Shown here: piece after piece, positions 45,296 to 54,706 of the stretch | How the letters are laid out: every line of letters starts with the position of its first letter | Position numbering within the stretch: position 1 is the first letter of the stretch | Assembly: GCA_030448245.1 (NCBI GenBank) | Contig: JAUJNH010000003.1 | Location: 43,750 to 107,749, forward strand | DNA: 64,000 bases | DNA from: Acidimicrobiales bacterium | GTDB lineage: Bacteria; Actinomycetota; Acidimicrobiia; Acidimicrobiales; JAUJNH01 | Reading direction: 5' to 3' | The notes under the pieces: model-generated | Databases searched by the model: none | Told to the model about the DNA's origin: nothing | What the model saw: only the letters and a program-made list of their open reading frames with translations | Position numbers and translations under genes: made by a program

Positions 45296-46076
45296 ACTGG
45301 GTCCACAGCAGGGCTCGCAGCGGGCGAACCTGCAGCATCGGCTCGAGTCGCTGTTCGATCCGCAGCGCGGCTGCACCGCCGGCCTCGGCCAGCACGGGGA
45401 TGTACACGCTCGACCAGCGGCGGCGCTCGATGCGCAGCCCGTTGGCCGTGAGCTCGGAGGTGAGCCGGCGTGAGGAGACCAGGCTGATGTGGCCGGTCTC
45501 CAGGACCGGCTCTCGGTAGATGGCCCGCACGACGCGGATCACCCCGGGACGGAAGGCCACCTTCCCGAGCAGCTCGAGCGGGCTCCACGGCTGCGGGGTC
45601 GACAGGACGAGCACGCCGCCCGGGCGCAGGAGCTTGGCCATCGAGGCCAGCGCCGCCCTCCAGTCGTCGATGTGCTCGAGCACCTCGGTGCACAGGATCA
45701 GGTCGAAGCTGCCCGGCTCGAGCCGGGTCCGGGTGATGTCGTCGACCACGAAGCCGACGGCGGGCCGCTCGCCCACGACGTCGCGGGCCCGGTCGAGGAA
45801 GTCCGGCTCGATGTCGGTGACGACGACCTCGTCGGCCAGCTCGGCCAGCAACGGCAGGTAGATCCCCGAACCGGGCCCGATCTCGAGGGCGCGCGCCGAC
45901 CCGGCGCAGGGGCGGAGAAGGCTCTCGACCACCTCGCGGCGCCGGGTGTGGATCCACCGCCTGGTGGGGTTGGTCGACGAGTAGAGGGTGTCCTGCAGCT
46001 CGAGCCGGGTGGGCGCTCGACCAGAGGGCGGATCGCCCGGCCCCCTCGTGATGCTGACCTCGTGCACCATCGGCAT
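45276..46076 (-). CDS. class I SAM-dependent methyltransferase
   Basis: ALEIGPGSGIYLPLLAE, VVVTDIEPDFL, LILCTEVLEHI, LLRPGGVLVLSTP. 20-nt overlap with the downstream GT2. Confidence 0.75.
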   Translation of the reverse strand: MPMVHEVSITRGPGDPPSGRAPTRLELQDTLYSSTNPTRRWIHTRRREVVESLLRPCAGSARALEIGPGSGIYLPLLAELADEVVVTDIEPDFLDRARDVVGERPAVGFVVDDITRTRLEPGSFDLILCTEVLEHIDDWRAALASMAKLLRPGGVLVLSTPQPWSPLELLGKVAFRPGVIRVVRAIYREPVLETGHISLVSSRRLTSELTANGLRIERRRWSSVYIPVLAEAGGAAALRIEQRLEPMLQVRPLRALLWTQYVVARG

Positions 46077-46120
46077 GGTAGCGGGGCCCCTTCCGGGCCC
46101 TCCGGCCGGCCCCGCGGTGG

Positions 46121-47239
46121 GTGCGGGATACTCGGTCGGCGATGGGATCCCGGCCGAGCGTGCTGGTCGACGCTGCTGCGCTGGGCGGCCCCTCCGCCTC
46201 GAGCGGGATCCGCACCGCCACCCGCTGCCTCCTCGAGGCGCTGGTGGCCGATGCGTCGGTCGAGCTCACCGCCCTCGTCACCGCCGGGGTGCGCCTGCCG
46301 AGCGGGGTGCGGCGCCGGCAGGTGCAACGGGTGGCGCCCAAGGGTCGAGCCGAGCTGATCGAGCACGCGCTGCGGCTGCCTCTCGAGCTGCGCCGCACCC
46401 GCACCGACGTGCTGCACGAGCCGGGCTTCGCCGCGCCATGGCGGGTGGACCGGCCGTACGTCCAGACCCTGCACGACGTCATCCCGCTCGTCCTGGACGA
46501 CCCGGACCTGGCCGTGCTCCGCCGGCGCTGGCGCCGCTTCGCCCCCCGCTACCGACGGGCCGACGCGGTGATCGCCGTCTCCCGGTCGGCGGCCGACGAC
46601 GGGATCCGCCTGCTCGGCCTCCACCCGGCGCGGATCGAGGTCGCCCACCACGGCGTCGATCCAGCCTTCCACCCGGGCGATGCCGGTCCTCCGGATGCCG
46701 ACGACCCCTACCTGCTGGCGGTCGGCGAGTTCAACCGGCGCAAGGGCTTCGCCGAGGCCTTCGAGGTGGCGGCCCGTCTGGCCGAGCGGGGTCACCCGCA
46801 CCGGCTGAAGGTCGCCGGCCTGGTCCACCCGTGGTCGAGAGGTGACTTCGAGGCCACGCTGGCGGCCAGCCGCCGGCCCGACCTGATCGACCACCTCGGG
46901 TTCGTCGACGACCTGCCGGCGCTGGTCCGCTCGGCCTCGCTGTTCCTCAGCACCACCCGGTACGAGGGGTTCGGCCTGCCGGCCCTCGAGGCCATGGCCA
47001 GCGGCGTGCCCGTCGTCGCCTTCGCCAACTCGGCGGTGACCGAGGTGGTCGGCGACGGCGGGCACCTGGTGCCTGACGGCGACGTCGGCGCCATGGCCGA
47101 CGCCGCCCACCGGCTGCTGGGATCGCCGGTGGCGTGGGACGAGGCCAGGGAGGCGGGCTTGGCCCGGGCGGCGCTCTTCACGTGGGCGGCAACCGCCGAG
47201 GTGCACGCCGAGGTGTTCTCGAGGGTGGCCGCCGGCTGA
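46121..47239 (+). CDS. glycosyltransferase family 4
   Basis: LSTTRYEGFGLPALEAMASGVPVVAFANSAVTEVVG. An alternative start exists at ATG 46142. Confidence 0.8.
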   Translation: MRDTRSAMGSRPSVLVDAAALGGPSASSGIRTATRCLLEALVADASVELTALVTAGVRLPSGVRRRQVQRVAPKGRAELIEHALRLPLELRRTRTDVLHEPGFAAPWRVDRPYVQTLHDVIPLVLDDPDLAVLRRRWRRFAPRYRRADAVIAVSRSAADDGIRLLGLHPARIEVAHHGVDPAFHPGDAGPPDADDPYLLAVGEFNRRKGFAEAFEVAARLAERGHPHRLKVAGLVHPWSRGDFEATLAASRRPDLIDHLGFVDDLPALVRSASLFLSTTRYEGFGLPALEAMASGVPVVAFANSAVTEVVGDGGHLVPDGDVGAMADAAHRLLGSPVAWDEAREAGLARAALFTWAATAEVHAEVFSRVAAG

Positions 47240-47274
47240 AGCGAGCGGAACGGCCGGCTCTAGGGTGCCGAGGC

Positions 47275-48414
47275 GTGGCTGGTGCGCGCCGGGTGCTGTT
47301 CTTCGAGGCGTACCCCCACGCCTTCACCGGCGCCCAGCGCCAGCTGCTGCTGCTGCTGCGAGGGCTGGCACGTCGGGGCTGGGACGTGGGGCTGGCTGCT
47401 CCGGCCGACGGGGCCTTCCCGGAGGAGGCCCGCGCCGCCGGCATCTCGTTCGAGGTGGCGCAGCTGCCGGGCGCGCTCAGGATCTACGGGCGGCAGACCA
47501 CGGGAACCAAGGCCGTTGCCGCCGCCGCCGCGCTCCCCCCGGCGTGGGCCAGGCTGGCCCGCTGGCTCAAGGGCCGGGCTGACCTCGTCCACTGCTGTGA
47601 CCACCGGGGCCAGCTGCTCCTGGGGCCGGCGGCCCGGCTGGCCCGCCTCCCCGCGGTCTGGCACATCGAGGCCATCGACCGCAACCGGGCCCTGAACGAG
47701 CTGTGCTCGCGGGCGGCCTCCCACGTGGTCGTGCCCAGCCAGGCGGTGGCCGCCGGCCTGCCGGGGCTCCACGTCGACGGCAACCTCACGGTGGTCCCCA
47801 ACACGGTTGCCCCCGAGTGGCTGGAGCCGGTCACCCGCCAACCCTCCGACCGGCCCACCGTCGTGACCGTCGGCCGGCTCCACCCGGACAAGGGCATCGA
47901 CGTCCTCCTCCACGCCATGACCCACCTGCGCGGGCGGCTGCCGGCGGCCCGGGCTGTGGTGGTGGGCGGCGAGCAGCCGGGCCACGAGGGGCACCGCAGC
48001 GAGCTGCTCGCCCTGCGCCACCGGCTCGGCCTCGACGACGCCGTGGACCTCCCCGGCGCCGTGGCCAACCCGCGACCGGTGCTGCTCGAGGCCAGCGCCT
48101 ACGTCCAGCCCTCACGGGAGCGGACCGAGCTGCAGCCGCTCGCCGTCCTGGAGGCGATGGCCGTCGGCCTGCCGGTGGTGGCCACCCGGGTCGGCGGGGT
48201 GCCGGAGATGCTGGACGGCGGCCGGCTCGGCCTGCTCGTCCCGCCCGAGGACCCGCCGGCCCTGGCCGACGCGCTGGCTCGCGTGCTCGAGAACCCCGCG
48301 CTGGGCGACCGGCTGGGGCGGGCCGCCCAGGCCCACGTCCGCGCCGCCTGCACGGTCGAGGGCATGGTCGACCTGGTCGAGCGCATCTACCTCTCGCTCC
48401 TGACGGCCCGGTGA
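47275..48414 (+). CDS. glycosyltransferase family 4
   Basis: VLFFEAYPHAFTGAQRQLL, VQPSRERTELQPLAVLEAMAVGLPVVATRVGGVPEM. GTG start at 47275 or 47293. Confidence 0.8.
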   Translation: MAGARRVLFFEAYPHAFTGAQRQLLLLLRGLARRGWDVGLAAPADGAFPEEARAAGISFEVAQLPGALRIYGRQTTGTKAVAAAAALPPAWARLARWLKGRADLVHCCDHRGQLLLGPAARLARLPAVWHIEAIDRNRALNELCSRAASHVVVPSQAVAAGLPGLHVDGNLTVVPNTVAPEWLEPVTRQPSDRPTVVTVGRLHPDKGIDVLLHAMTHLRGRLPAARAVVVGGEQPGHEGHRSELLALRHRLGLDDAVDLPGAVANPRPVLLEASAYVQPSRERTELQPLAVLEAMAVGLPVVATRVGGVPEMLDGGRLGLLVPPEDPPALADALARVLENPALGDRLGRAAQAHVRAACTVEGMVDLVERIYLSLLTAR

Positions 48415-49538
48415 GGGCCGTCCTCTTCGCCAACCGGGTGGTCGATCCCGTGCGGTCGATGACCGGGATCGGCCGCTACGTCGAGGGGCTGACTGCGGCG
48501 CTGGCGGCGCGAGGCGAGCCGGGCTGGTGCTACGACGTGAGCGCGCCGAGCGAGCGGGGCCGGCCCCAGTGGCTGCCGCCCGGCGTGGGCTACCGGCCGG
48601 TGCCCGGGCCCCGCAAGGGGCTCCACCTGGCCTGGACGCTGCTGCACCAGCCCCGCCTGGAGCGGGTCGTCGGCCCAGCCGACCTCGTCCACGTCCTGCA
48701 CCCCTCGTTCCCACTGCCCACCCGGCGCCCGTCGGTCGTGTCGATCCACGACGTCATGCTCCTCGAGCACCCCGAGTGGTACCAGCGTGACGAGCTCTGG
48801 GGCTTCCGGCGCTGCATGGACGGGCTGGCTGCCGGGACCGGCCCGGTCATCACCGTGTCGGCCGACGTCGCTGAGCGGCTGGTGCGGCGCGTCGGCATCG
48901 CCCGGGAGCGGATCACCGTGGTGCCCCTGGCCGTGGGCGACGAGTTCCGGCGCCCGGCGGCGCCGGCCGACATCGAGCGGGTGTGCCGGGCGCTGGACGT
49001 CCGGCCCGGTCGGTTCCTGCTCGCCGTCGGCAACCTGTCGACCCGGAAGAACCTCGACACGCTCGTCCGGGCCATGGCGCGGGTCCAGGCCACCGACCTG
49101 CCACTCGTCCTGGCCGGCCGGCCCGGGACCAGCGCCACCGAGGTCGGCGACGAGATCCGCAGGCATGGGGTGGGCGACCGGGTCCGGCTCGCCGGCTTCG
49201 TGGCCGACGCCGACCTGCCGGCGCTCGTGCAGGGGGCCCTGGCCCTCGTCCACCCGGCGGTCGACGAGGGGTTCGGCCTGCCGCCGCTCGAGGCGATGGC
49301 CGCCGGCACGGCGGTGATCGCGGCCCGGGCCGGCTCGATCCCCGAGGTCGTCGGCGGCGCCGCCCTCCTCGTCGACCCGCTCGACGCCGCCGCCTGGACC
49401 GAGGCGATCGACCTCGTCGCCGCCGACGGGGACCGCCGGGCGGCGATGACTGCCGCCGGCCGGGCCCGGGCCGCCGCCTTCACCTGGCAGCGGGTGGCCG
49501 AGCAGACCGTCGCCGTGCACCGCTCGGCCCTCGGCTGA
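48411..49538 (+). CDS. glycosyltransferase family 4
   Basis: GTG 48411 overlaps the previous stop (GTGA). VHPAVDEGFGLPPLEAMAAGTAVIAARAGSIPEVVG. Confidence 0.8.
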   Translation: MRAVLFANRVVDPVRSMTGIGRYVEGLTAALAARGEPGWCYDVSAPSERGRPQWLPPGVGYRPVPGPRKGLHLAWTLLHQPRLERVVGPADLVHVLHPSFPLPTRRPSVVSIHDVMLLEHPEWYQRDELWGFRRCMDGLAAGTGPVITVSADVAERLVRRVGIARERITVVPLAVGDEFRRPAAPADIERVCRALDVRPGRFLLAVGNLSTRKNLDTLVRAMARVQATDLPLVLAGRPGTSATEVGDEIRRHGVGDRVRLAGFVADADLPALVQGALALVHPAVDEGFGLPPLEAMAAGTAVIAARAGSIPEVVGGAALLVDPLDAAAWTEAIDLVAADGDRRAAMTAAGRARAAAFTWQRVAEQTVAVHRSALG

Positions 49539-49541
49539 GCA

Positions 49542-51032
49542 GTGGGAACCTCGGCGCCCGTGCGCAAGCCCGCCCTGCTGGCCGTCCTCGGCGGCCTGGC
49601 CGCCGCAGCGTCGGTCCAGCCGGTGGGGCTGTGGCCGCTGGGCCTGGTGGGCGCGGGCCTCCTGACCCTGGCGTGGGGGCAGGCCACCAGCCGTCCGGCC
49701 CGTGCCCTGGCCGGTGGCCTCTGGGCCCTGTCGATGCTGCTGTGCACCACCTTCTGGGTCACCGACTTCCAAGCGGTGGGGTACGTGGTGCTGGCCCTGC
49801 TGGGCGCCAGCTTCTTCACGGCCGCCGGCGCGCTGGTGCCGACGGGGAGGGCATGGGTCGGGGTGGGCGCGGCCGGCGCCATCACCGTTGCCGAGTCCCT
49901 CCGGGCCAGGGTGCCGTTCCAGGGCTTCCCGATGGGCGGCCTCCCCCAGGGCCAGGCCGACGGGCCGCTGGCGGCCACGGCCCGGCTCGGGGGCACCACG
50001 CTGCTGACCCTCGCCACCGCCCTGGTGGGCGCGGCGCTGGCCGAGGCGGTGCGGCGCCATCCTCTCCGAGCCGCTGCGCTGCTCCTGGTCCCGGTCGTCG
50101 CCGGCGGGTTGGGCGCTCTCGCGCCCCCGGGCGAGCAGGTCGGCTCGCTCCGGGTGGCAGCCGTCCAGGGCGGCGGCCCTCGCGGCACCCGGGCGGTGGA
50201 GACGGCGGCTCGGGACGTGCTGGACCGCCACCTGGCGGCTTCTCGGACGATCGCCCCAGGGACCGTCGACGTGGTGCTGTGGCCCGAGAACTCGGTCTCG
50301 CTCGACGGACCGACGGCCGGGGCGCCCGAGCGGGAGGAGCTGGCGGCCGAGGCCCGCCGGCTCGGGGCGGTGCTGCTGGTCGGGGTGGTCGAGGACCTCC
50401 CCGGCCAGCGCTTCTACAACGCCCAGGTGGCGTTCGGCCCGGACGGCCAGCTGATCGGCCGCTACGACAAGGTCCACCGGGTGCCTTTCGGCGAGTACGC
50501 GCCGCTGCGCAACCTGGTGGCCAAGGTGGCCGACCTCAGCCTGCTGCCTCGCGACGCCATCGCCGGCAAGGGCCCCGGGATCCTGCCGGGCCCTGGGGGC
50601 GAGCGGCTCGGCGTGGTGATCTCCTACGAGGTGTTCTTCGGCGACCGGTCCCGCTCGGCGGTCCGCAACGGGGCGCAGGTGGTGCTCGTGCCGACGAACG
50701 CCTCGTCGTACGGGACCAGCCAGGTGCCCGACCAGGAGGTGGCCGCGGCCCGGCTGCGGGCGTGGGAGACGGGCCGCGACCTGGTGCAGTCGGCGCCCAC
50801 CGGCTTCTCGGCGTTCGTGGCCCCCGACGGGGAGGTCTCCCAGCGCACCGACCTCGGCGACCAGGCGGTCATCACCGCCGAGGTGCCCCTGCGCCGGGGG
50901 TCGACGCCCTACGTCCGCACCGGTGACCAGCCCTGGCTCGTCCTGGCCGGGGCCTGCTTCGCGCTCCCCGCACTGTCCGGGCTGGGCGCCAAGCGGTCCC
51001 GCCGTCACCTTGACCAGCCGACCGGCCCCTAG
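49542..51032 (+). CDS. lnt: apolipoprotein N-acyltransferase homologue (Lnt; multi-TM N-terminus plus CN-hydrolase domain), with Ser at the expected nucleophile Cys position
   Basis: Hydrophobic N-terminal half. VVLWPENS (Glu), RYDKVHRVPFGEYAPL (Lys), then GVVISYEVFF where Lnt proteins have ICYE. The Ser codon TCC lies at 50622-50624. Confidence 0.8.
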   Translation: MGTSAPVRKPALLAVLGGLAAAASVQPVGLWPLGLVGAGLLTLAWGQATSRPARALAGGLWALSMLLCTTFWVTDFQAVGYVVLALLGASFFTAAGALVPTGRAWVGVGAAGAITVAESLRARVPFQGFPMGGLPQGQADGPLAATARLGGTTLLTLATALVGAALAEAVRRHPLRAAALLLVPVVAGGLGALAPPGEQVGSLRVAAVQGGGPRGTRAVETAARDVLDRHLAASRTIAPGTVDVVLWPENSVSLDGPTAGAPEREELAAEARRLGAVLLVGVVEDLPGQRFYNAQVAFGPDGQLIGRYDKVHRVPFGEYAPLRNLVAKVADLSLLPRDAIAGKGPGILPGPGGERLGVVISYEVFFGDRSRSAVRNGAQVVLVPTNASSYGTSQVPDQEVAAARLRAWETGRDLVQSAPTGFSAFVAPDGEVSQRTDLGDQAVITAEVPLRRGSTPYVRTGDQPWLVLAGACFALPALSGLGAKRSRRHLDQPTGP

Positions 51033-51047
51033 GAGCATGGCCGCCAG

Positions 51048-52321
51048 ATGCCCGACCCCCCGATCCGCATCGCCCTCCTCGTCTACCGCGGCAACCCCCA
51101 CTCGGGGGGCCAGGGCGTGTACACCCGCGAGCTGGCCAAGGAGCTGGTGGCCCTCGGGCACCTGGTCACGGTGTTCGCCGGCCAGCCCTGGCCCGAGCTG
51201 ACGCCGGGCGTCGGGTTCGTGCCGGTCCCCAGCCTCGACCTGTACCACCCCGACCACCCGTTCCGGCCTCCCCTCCGCCTCCGGGCCTACCGCAGCTGGA
51301 TCGACCTGCTCGAGGTGGCGCTGATGTCCACGGGCGCCTTCCCCGAGCCGCTCACCTTCAGCCTCAGGGTGCGCCGGCTCCTCGCCGAGCGGCGAGGCGA
51401 CTTCGACCTGATCCACGACAACCAGTGCCTGGGCCGCGGCATCGGTGGCCTCCTCGACGACGGCTGGCCGGTGCTGGCCACCCTCCACCACCCCATCACG
51501 GTCGACCGCGAGATCGACCTGGGCCACGCCGAGACCCTTCGGCGGAGGCTCGGCCTGCGCCGCTGGTACTCGTTCCTCCGGATGCAGGTGCGCGTGCTGC
51601 CCCGCATCCCGCGGGTGGTGACCGTCTCCGACTCCTCCAAGCGCGACATCTGCGCCCAGATGGGTGCACGGCCCGAGCAGGTGCACGTGGTCCCCGTCGG
51701 CGTCGACCTCGACACCTTCCGGCCCCTGCCAGGCATCGAGGAGGTGCCGGGCCGGATCGTGTGCACCACCTCGTCCGACATGCCGCTGAAGGGCCTGGTG
51801 CCGCTCCTGGAGGCGGTGGCCAAGCTGCGCACCGAGCGGCCCGAGGTCGAGCTGCACGTGATCGGCGCCCCCGCCAGGGATCGACCATCCCCGGCCACCT
51901 CGACCGCCTCGGCCTCGACGGGTCGGTCGTGTTCCACAAGGGCATCGAGACGTCCGCCATCACCGAGCTGTACGCCTCGTGCCAGGTGGCCTGCGTGCCC
52001 AGCCTGTACGAGGGGTTCAGCCTCCCGGCCGTCGAGGCCATGGCCTGCGCCGTCCCGCTGGTGGCCACCACCGGCGGCGCCCTCCCCGAGGTGGTGGGCC
52101 CCGACGGCCAGGCCGGGCTCCTCGTCCCGCCGGCCGACGCCGGTGCGCTGGCCATCGGCCTGGCCCGCCTGCTGGACGATCCCGTGCTGCGGGCCAGCGT
52201 GGGGCAGGCAGGCCGGGCACGGGTGCTTGAACGTTTCACCTGGCGCCGCTGCGCCGAAGCCACGGTGGCCCACTACCGGGCTGCCCTCGACGAGCACTCC
52301 GAGCGAGCCGGCCGGGCCTGA
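51048..52321 (+). pseudogene. glycosyltransferase family 4 with one apparent -1 frameshift
   Basis: IALLVYRGNPHSGGQGVYTRELAKEL...ELHVIGAP | (R)QGSTIPGHLDRLGLDGSVVFHKG...CVPSLYEGFSLPAVEAMACAVPLVATTGGALPEVVG. The break is at the C5 run 51868-51872. Length is 1274 nt, or 1275 with one added base. Confidence 0.8.
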
Positions 52322-52323
52322 GG

Positions 52324-53057
52324 GTGCTCACCGTCGACTACGGCCGCCTGGGCCTGCGCCCCGGCGAGCTGGTGCTGGACCTCGGAGCCGGCGCCGGCCG
52401 CCACGCCTACGGCGCCTTTGCCCGCGGCGCCCGCGTGGTCGCCCTCGACCATTCCGAAGCCGACGCCAAGGACTGCGCCGCCTTGCTCGAGGCCCTGGCC
52501 GAGGATGCGGCCGGCCCGGGCCCGAGCGGCGGGATCGAGCGGGCGGGGTCGTCGATGGTGGGCGACGCCCTCGGCCTGCCGTTCCCCGATGCCACCTTCG
52601 ACCGGGTGATCTGCGCCGAGGTGCTGGAGCACGTCCCCGACGACCGCCGGGCCATGGCCGAGATCGCCCGGGTCCTGAAGCCGGGGGCACGGCGGCGGTG
52701 ACCGTGCCCCGGTTCGGGCCCGAGCTGGTGTGCTGGGCGCTGTCGGACGAGTACCACCTGGTCGACGGCGGCCACGTCCGGATCTACCGGCTGGCCGAGC
52801 TGCGCCGCCGCCTGCGCAGCGCCGGCCTGCGGCCGGCCGGCGTGGGCCTGGCCCACGGGCTCCACACGCCGTACTGGTGGCTGCGGTGCGCCGTCGGCGT
52901 CGGCAACGACGACCACCCGCTGGTCCGGGCCTACCACCGGGTGCTGGTCTGGGACATCGAGGCCGGCCGGCCCCTCCCCACCCGCCTGGCCGAGGCCGCC
53001 CTGAACCCGCTGCTGGCCAAGTCGGTCGTCGTCTACCTGGAGAAGCCACCCCGGTGA
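52324..53057 (+). pseudogene. class I SAM-dependent methyltransferase with one apparent -1 frameshift
   Basis: VLDLGAGAGRHA, RVICAEVLEHVPDD, ARVLKPG | GTAAVTVPRFGPELVCWALSDEYH...VVVYLEKPPR. The break is at the G5 run 52683-52687. Length is 734 nt, or 735 with one added base. Confidence 0.8.
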
Positions 53058-54139
53058 TCCCCCTGCGCCCCTCGCAGGTCTTCACCACCTGCGCCTCGAT
53101 CGCCCGCGTCCAGCGGACCGACGGGATGGTGCCGTGGGCGCCCGGCCTGCACGCCGACCCGTGGAACCACGTCGAGGCGGCGATGGCCCTGACCGTCGGC
53201 GGCTTCGTCGAGGAGGCCGTCGCCGCCTACCGGTGGCTGGCCGCCACCCAGCACCACGACGGCAGCTGGTGCACCTACTACCTGCCGTCGCTCCCCGGCG
53301 GGATCGAGGACGGCAGGCGGGACACCAACGTCTGCGCCTACGTGGCCACCGGGGTGCTCCACCACCTCCGAGCCACCGGCGACCGGGCCACCGCGCTCGA
53401 GCTGTGGCCCGTGGTCGAGCGGGCCATGGGTTTCGTGCTGGCCCACCAGCAGGCCGAGGGGGCGCTCACCTGGTCGGTGCAGCCCGACGGACTGTCGCGG
53501 CCGGCGGGTCCCGCCGGCCGCTGGGCCCTCCTCAGCGGGTCGGCGTCGGCGTACCACTCCGTGCGCTGCGGGGTGGCCCTGGCCGAGCAGCTGGGCTGGG
53601 AGCGACCCGAGTGGGAGCTGGCCGCCGGACGCCTGGCCACCGCCGTCGCCTTCCGCGAGGACGAGCTGTTCGAGCCGAAGCACCCGTGGGCCATGGACTG
53701 GTACTACCCGGTGCTGTGCGGCGCCGTCGGCGGCGAGGCGGGCCGAGCCCGGCTGCGGGCCGGCTGGGACCGCTTCGTCACCGAGGGCCTCGGCGTGCGC
53801 TGCATCGACGACCACCCCTGGTACACCGGCGCCGAGACGGCCGAGTGCGCCACCGCTCACGCCGTCGCCGGCCTGCGCGACGAGGCCGAGGCGCTCCTGC
53901 ACTGGGCGTCGCGCCTGCGCCGCCCCGACGGCGGCTACTGGACGGGACTCGTCGAGCCCGCCGGCAAGACCTTTCCCCACGACGAGCGGTCCACCTACAC
54001 CGCCGCTGCCGTCGTCCTGGCGGACGACTGCGTCTACGGCACGGGACCGGCCAGCACGCTGTTCCGGGGCCAGGGCCTGCCCGCCGGCCTCGACCTCGAC
54101 CTCGCGGCCATCGCCGAAGCCGAGCTCGACCGGGAATGA
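53054..54139 (+). CDS. prenyltransferase / squalene-oxidase-repeat (alpha-alpha toroid, terpene-cyclase fold) protein
   Basis: GTG 53054 overlaps the previous stop (GTGA). Repeated aromatic-rich segments HHDGSWCTYY, AEGALTWSV and RPDGGYWTGL, typical of this repeat family. 361 aa. Confidence 0.65.
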   Translation: MIPLRPSQVFTTCASIARVQRTDGMVPWAPGLHADPWNHVEAAMALTVGGFVEEAVAAYRWLAATQHHDGSWCTYYLPSLPGGIEDGRRDTNVCAYVATGVLHHLRATGDRATALELWPVVERAMGFVLAHQQAEGALTWSVQPDGLSRPAGPAGRWALLSGSASAYHSVRCGVALAEQLGWERPEWELAAGRLATAVAFREDELFEPKHPWAMDWYYPVLCGAVGGEAGRARLRAGWDRFVTEGLGVRCIDDHPWYTGAETAECATAHAVAGLRDEAEALLHWASRLRRPDGGYWTGLVEPAGKTFPHDERSTYTAAAVVLADDCVYGTGPASTLFRGQGLPAGLDLDLAAIAEAELDRE

Positions 54140-54238
54140 GGCGGCGCCGGATCCGGACCGATGTCGAGGAGGGACCCTGCCTCGACCCGATGAGGGCGGG
54201 GCTTTGCGGTCAGCCCCGAGCGGTACCCTGACCAGCCG

Positions 54239-54637
54239 ATGAGGAGACGATGGGCCGTGGTCGTGGTGGGGGTGCTCCTCGTCCTGGTCGTCGGTTCCAG
54301 CGCTCGGGGGCCAGGCCAGCTGCTGGGTCCTCATCCGGTCACAACGGCGGCGAGCGGCGACGTGACCGGCCTGGTGGAACCACGTGCCGGTGCGACAGCG
54401 CTGTCGGTTGCGGTGGTCGAGCCGGGACAGCGGGTGAGGTTGCTGCGAGCCGAGTACGAGCCGGTGTCACGGTGGCTGTCCAACCTGCTGGTCACGGTTC
54501 TGCTTCTGGTCGGCGCCGTGGCGTGGGGACGCCATCCTGTGCGGCGCCGCGTGCTCGAGCTGTCGATCAGAGCGCTGACGGAGTGGTGGCGGCCGGCGCC
54601 TGGCCGGCGCGCGCCACCAGCCGCCTCCACCAGCTGA
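54239..54637 (+). CDS. hypothetical membrane protein
   Basis: MRRRWAVVVVGVLLVLVVGSSA (signal/TM), a second TM LSNLLVTVLLLVGAVAW, and high GC3 in this frame. Confidence 0.4.
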   Translation: MRRRWAVVVVGVLLVLVVGSSARGPGQLLGPHPVTTAASGDVTGLVEPRAGATALSVAVVEPGQRVRLLRAEYEPVSRWLSNLLVTVLLLVGAVAWGRHPVRRRVLELSIRALTEWWRPAPGRRAPPAASTS

Positions 54638-54685
54638 CGGGCGGCCTCCACCGACGAGTGGCGGCCCCCGGAACCCGAGGATCGG

Positions 54686-54706
54686 CGCGGGGCTGAGGCA
54701 GCCCCG
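54686..54706. terminator. GC-rich hairpin, possible factor-independent terminator (no U-tract)
   Basis: gcggggctg-agg-cagccccgc: a perfect 9-bp stem with a 3-nt loop, 49 nt after the stop of 54239..54637. Confidence 0.25.

Noticed and set aside
48387-51857. 1156-aa reverse-strand ORF opposite the GT4, lnt and GT4 genes
   Set aside because: This is the same shadow-frame signature (RGPGHRR-type low complexity). The forward genes carry the EX7E glycosyltransferase and CN-hydrolase motifs.
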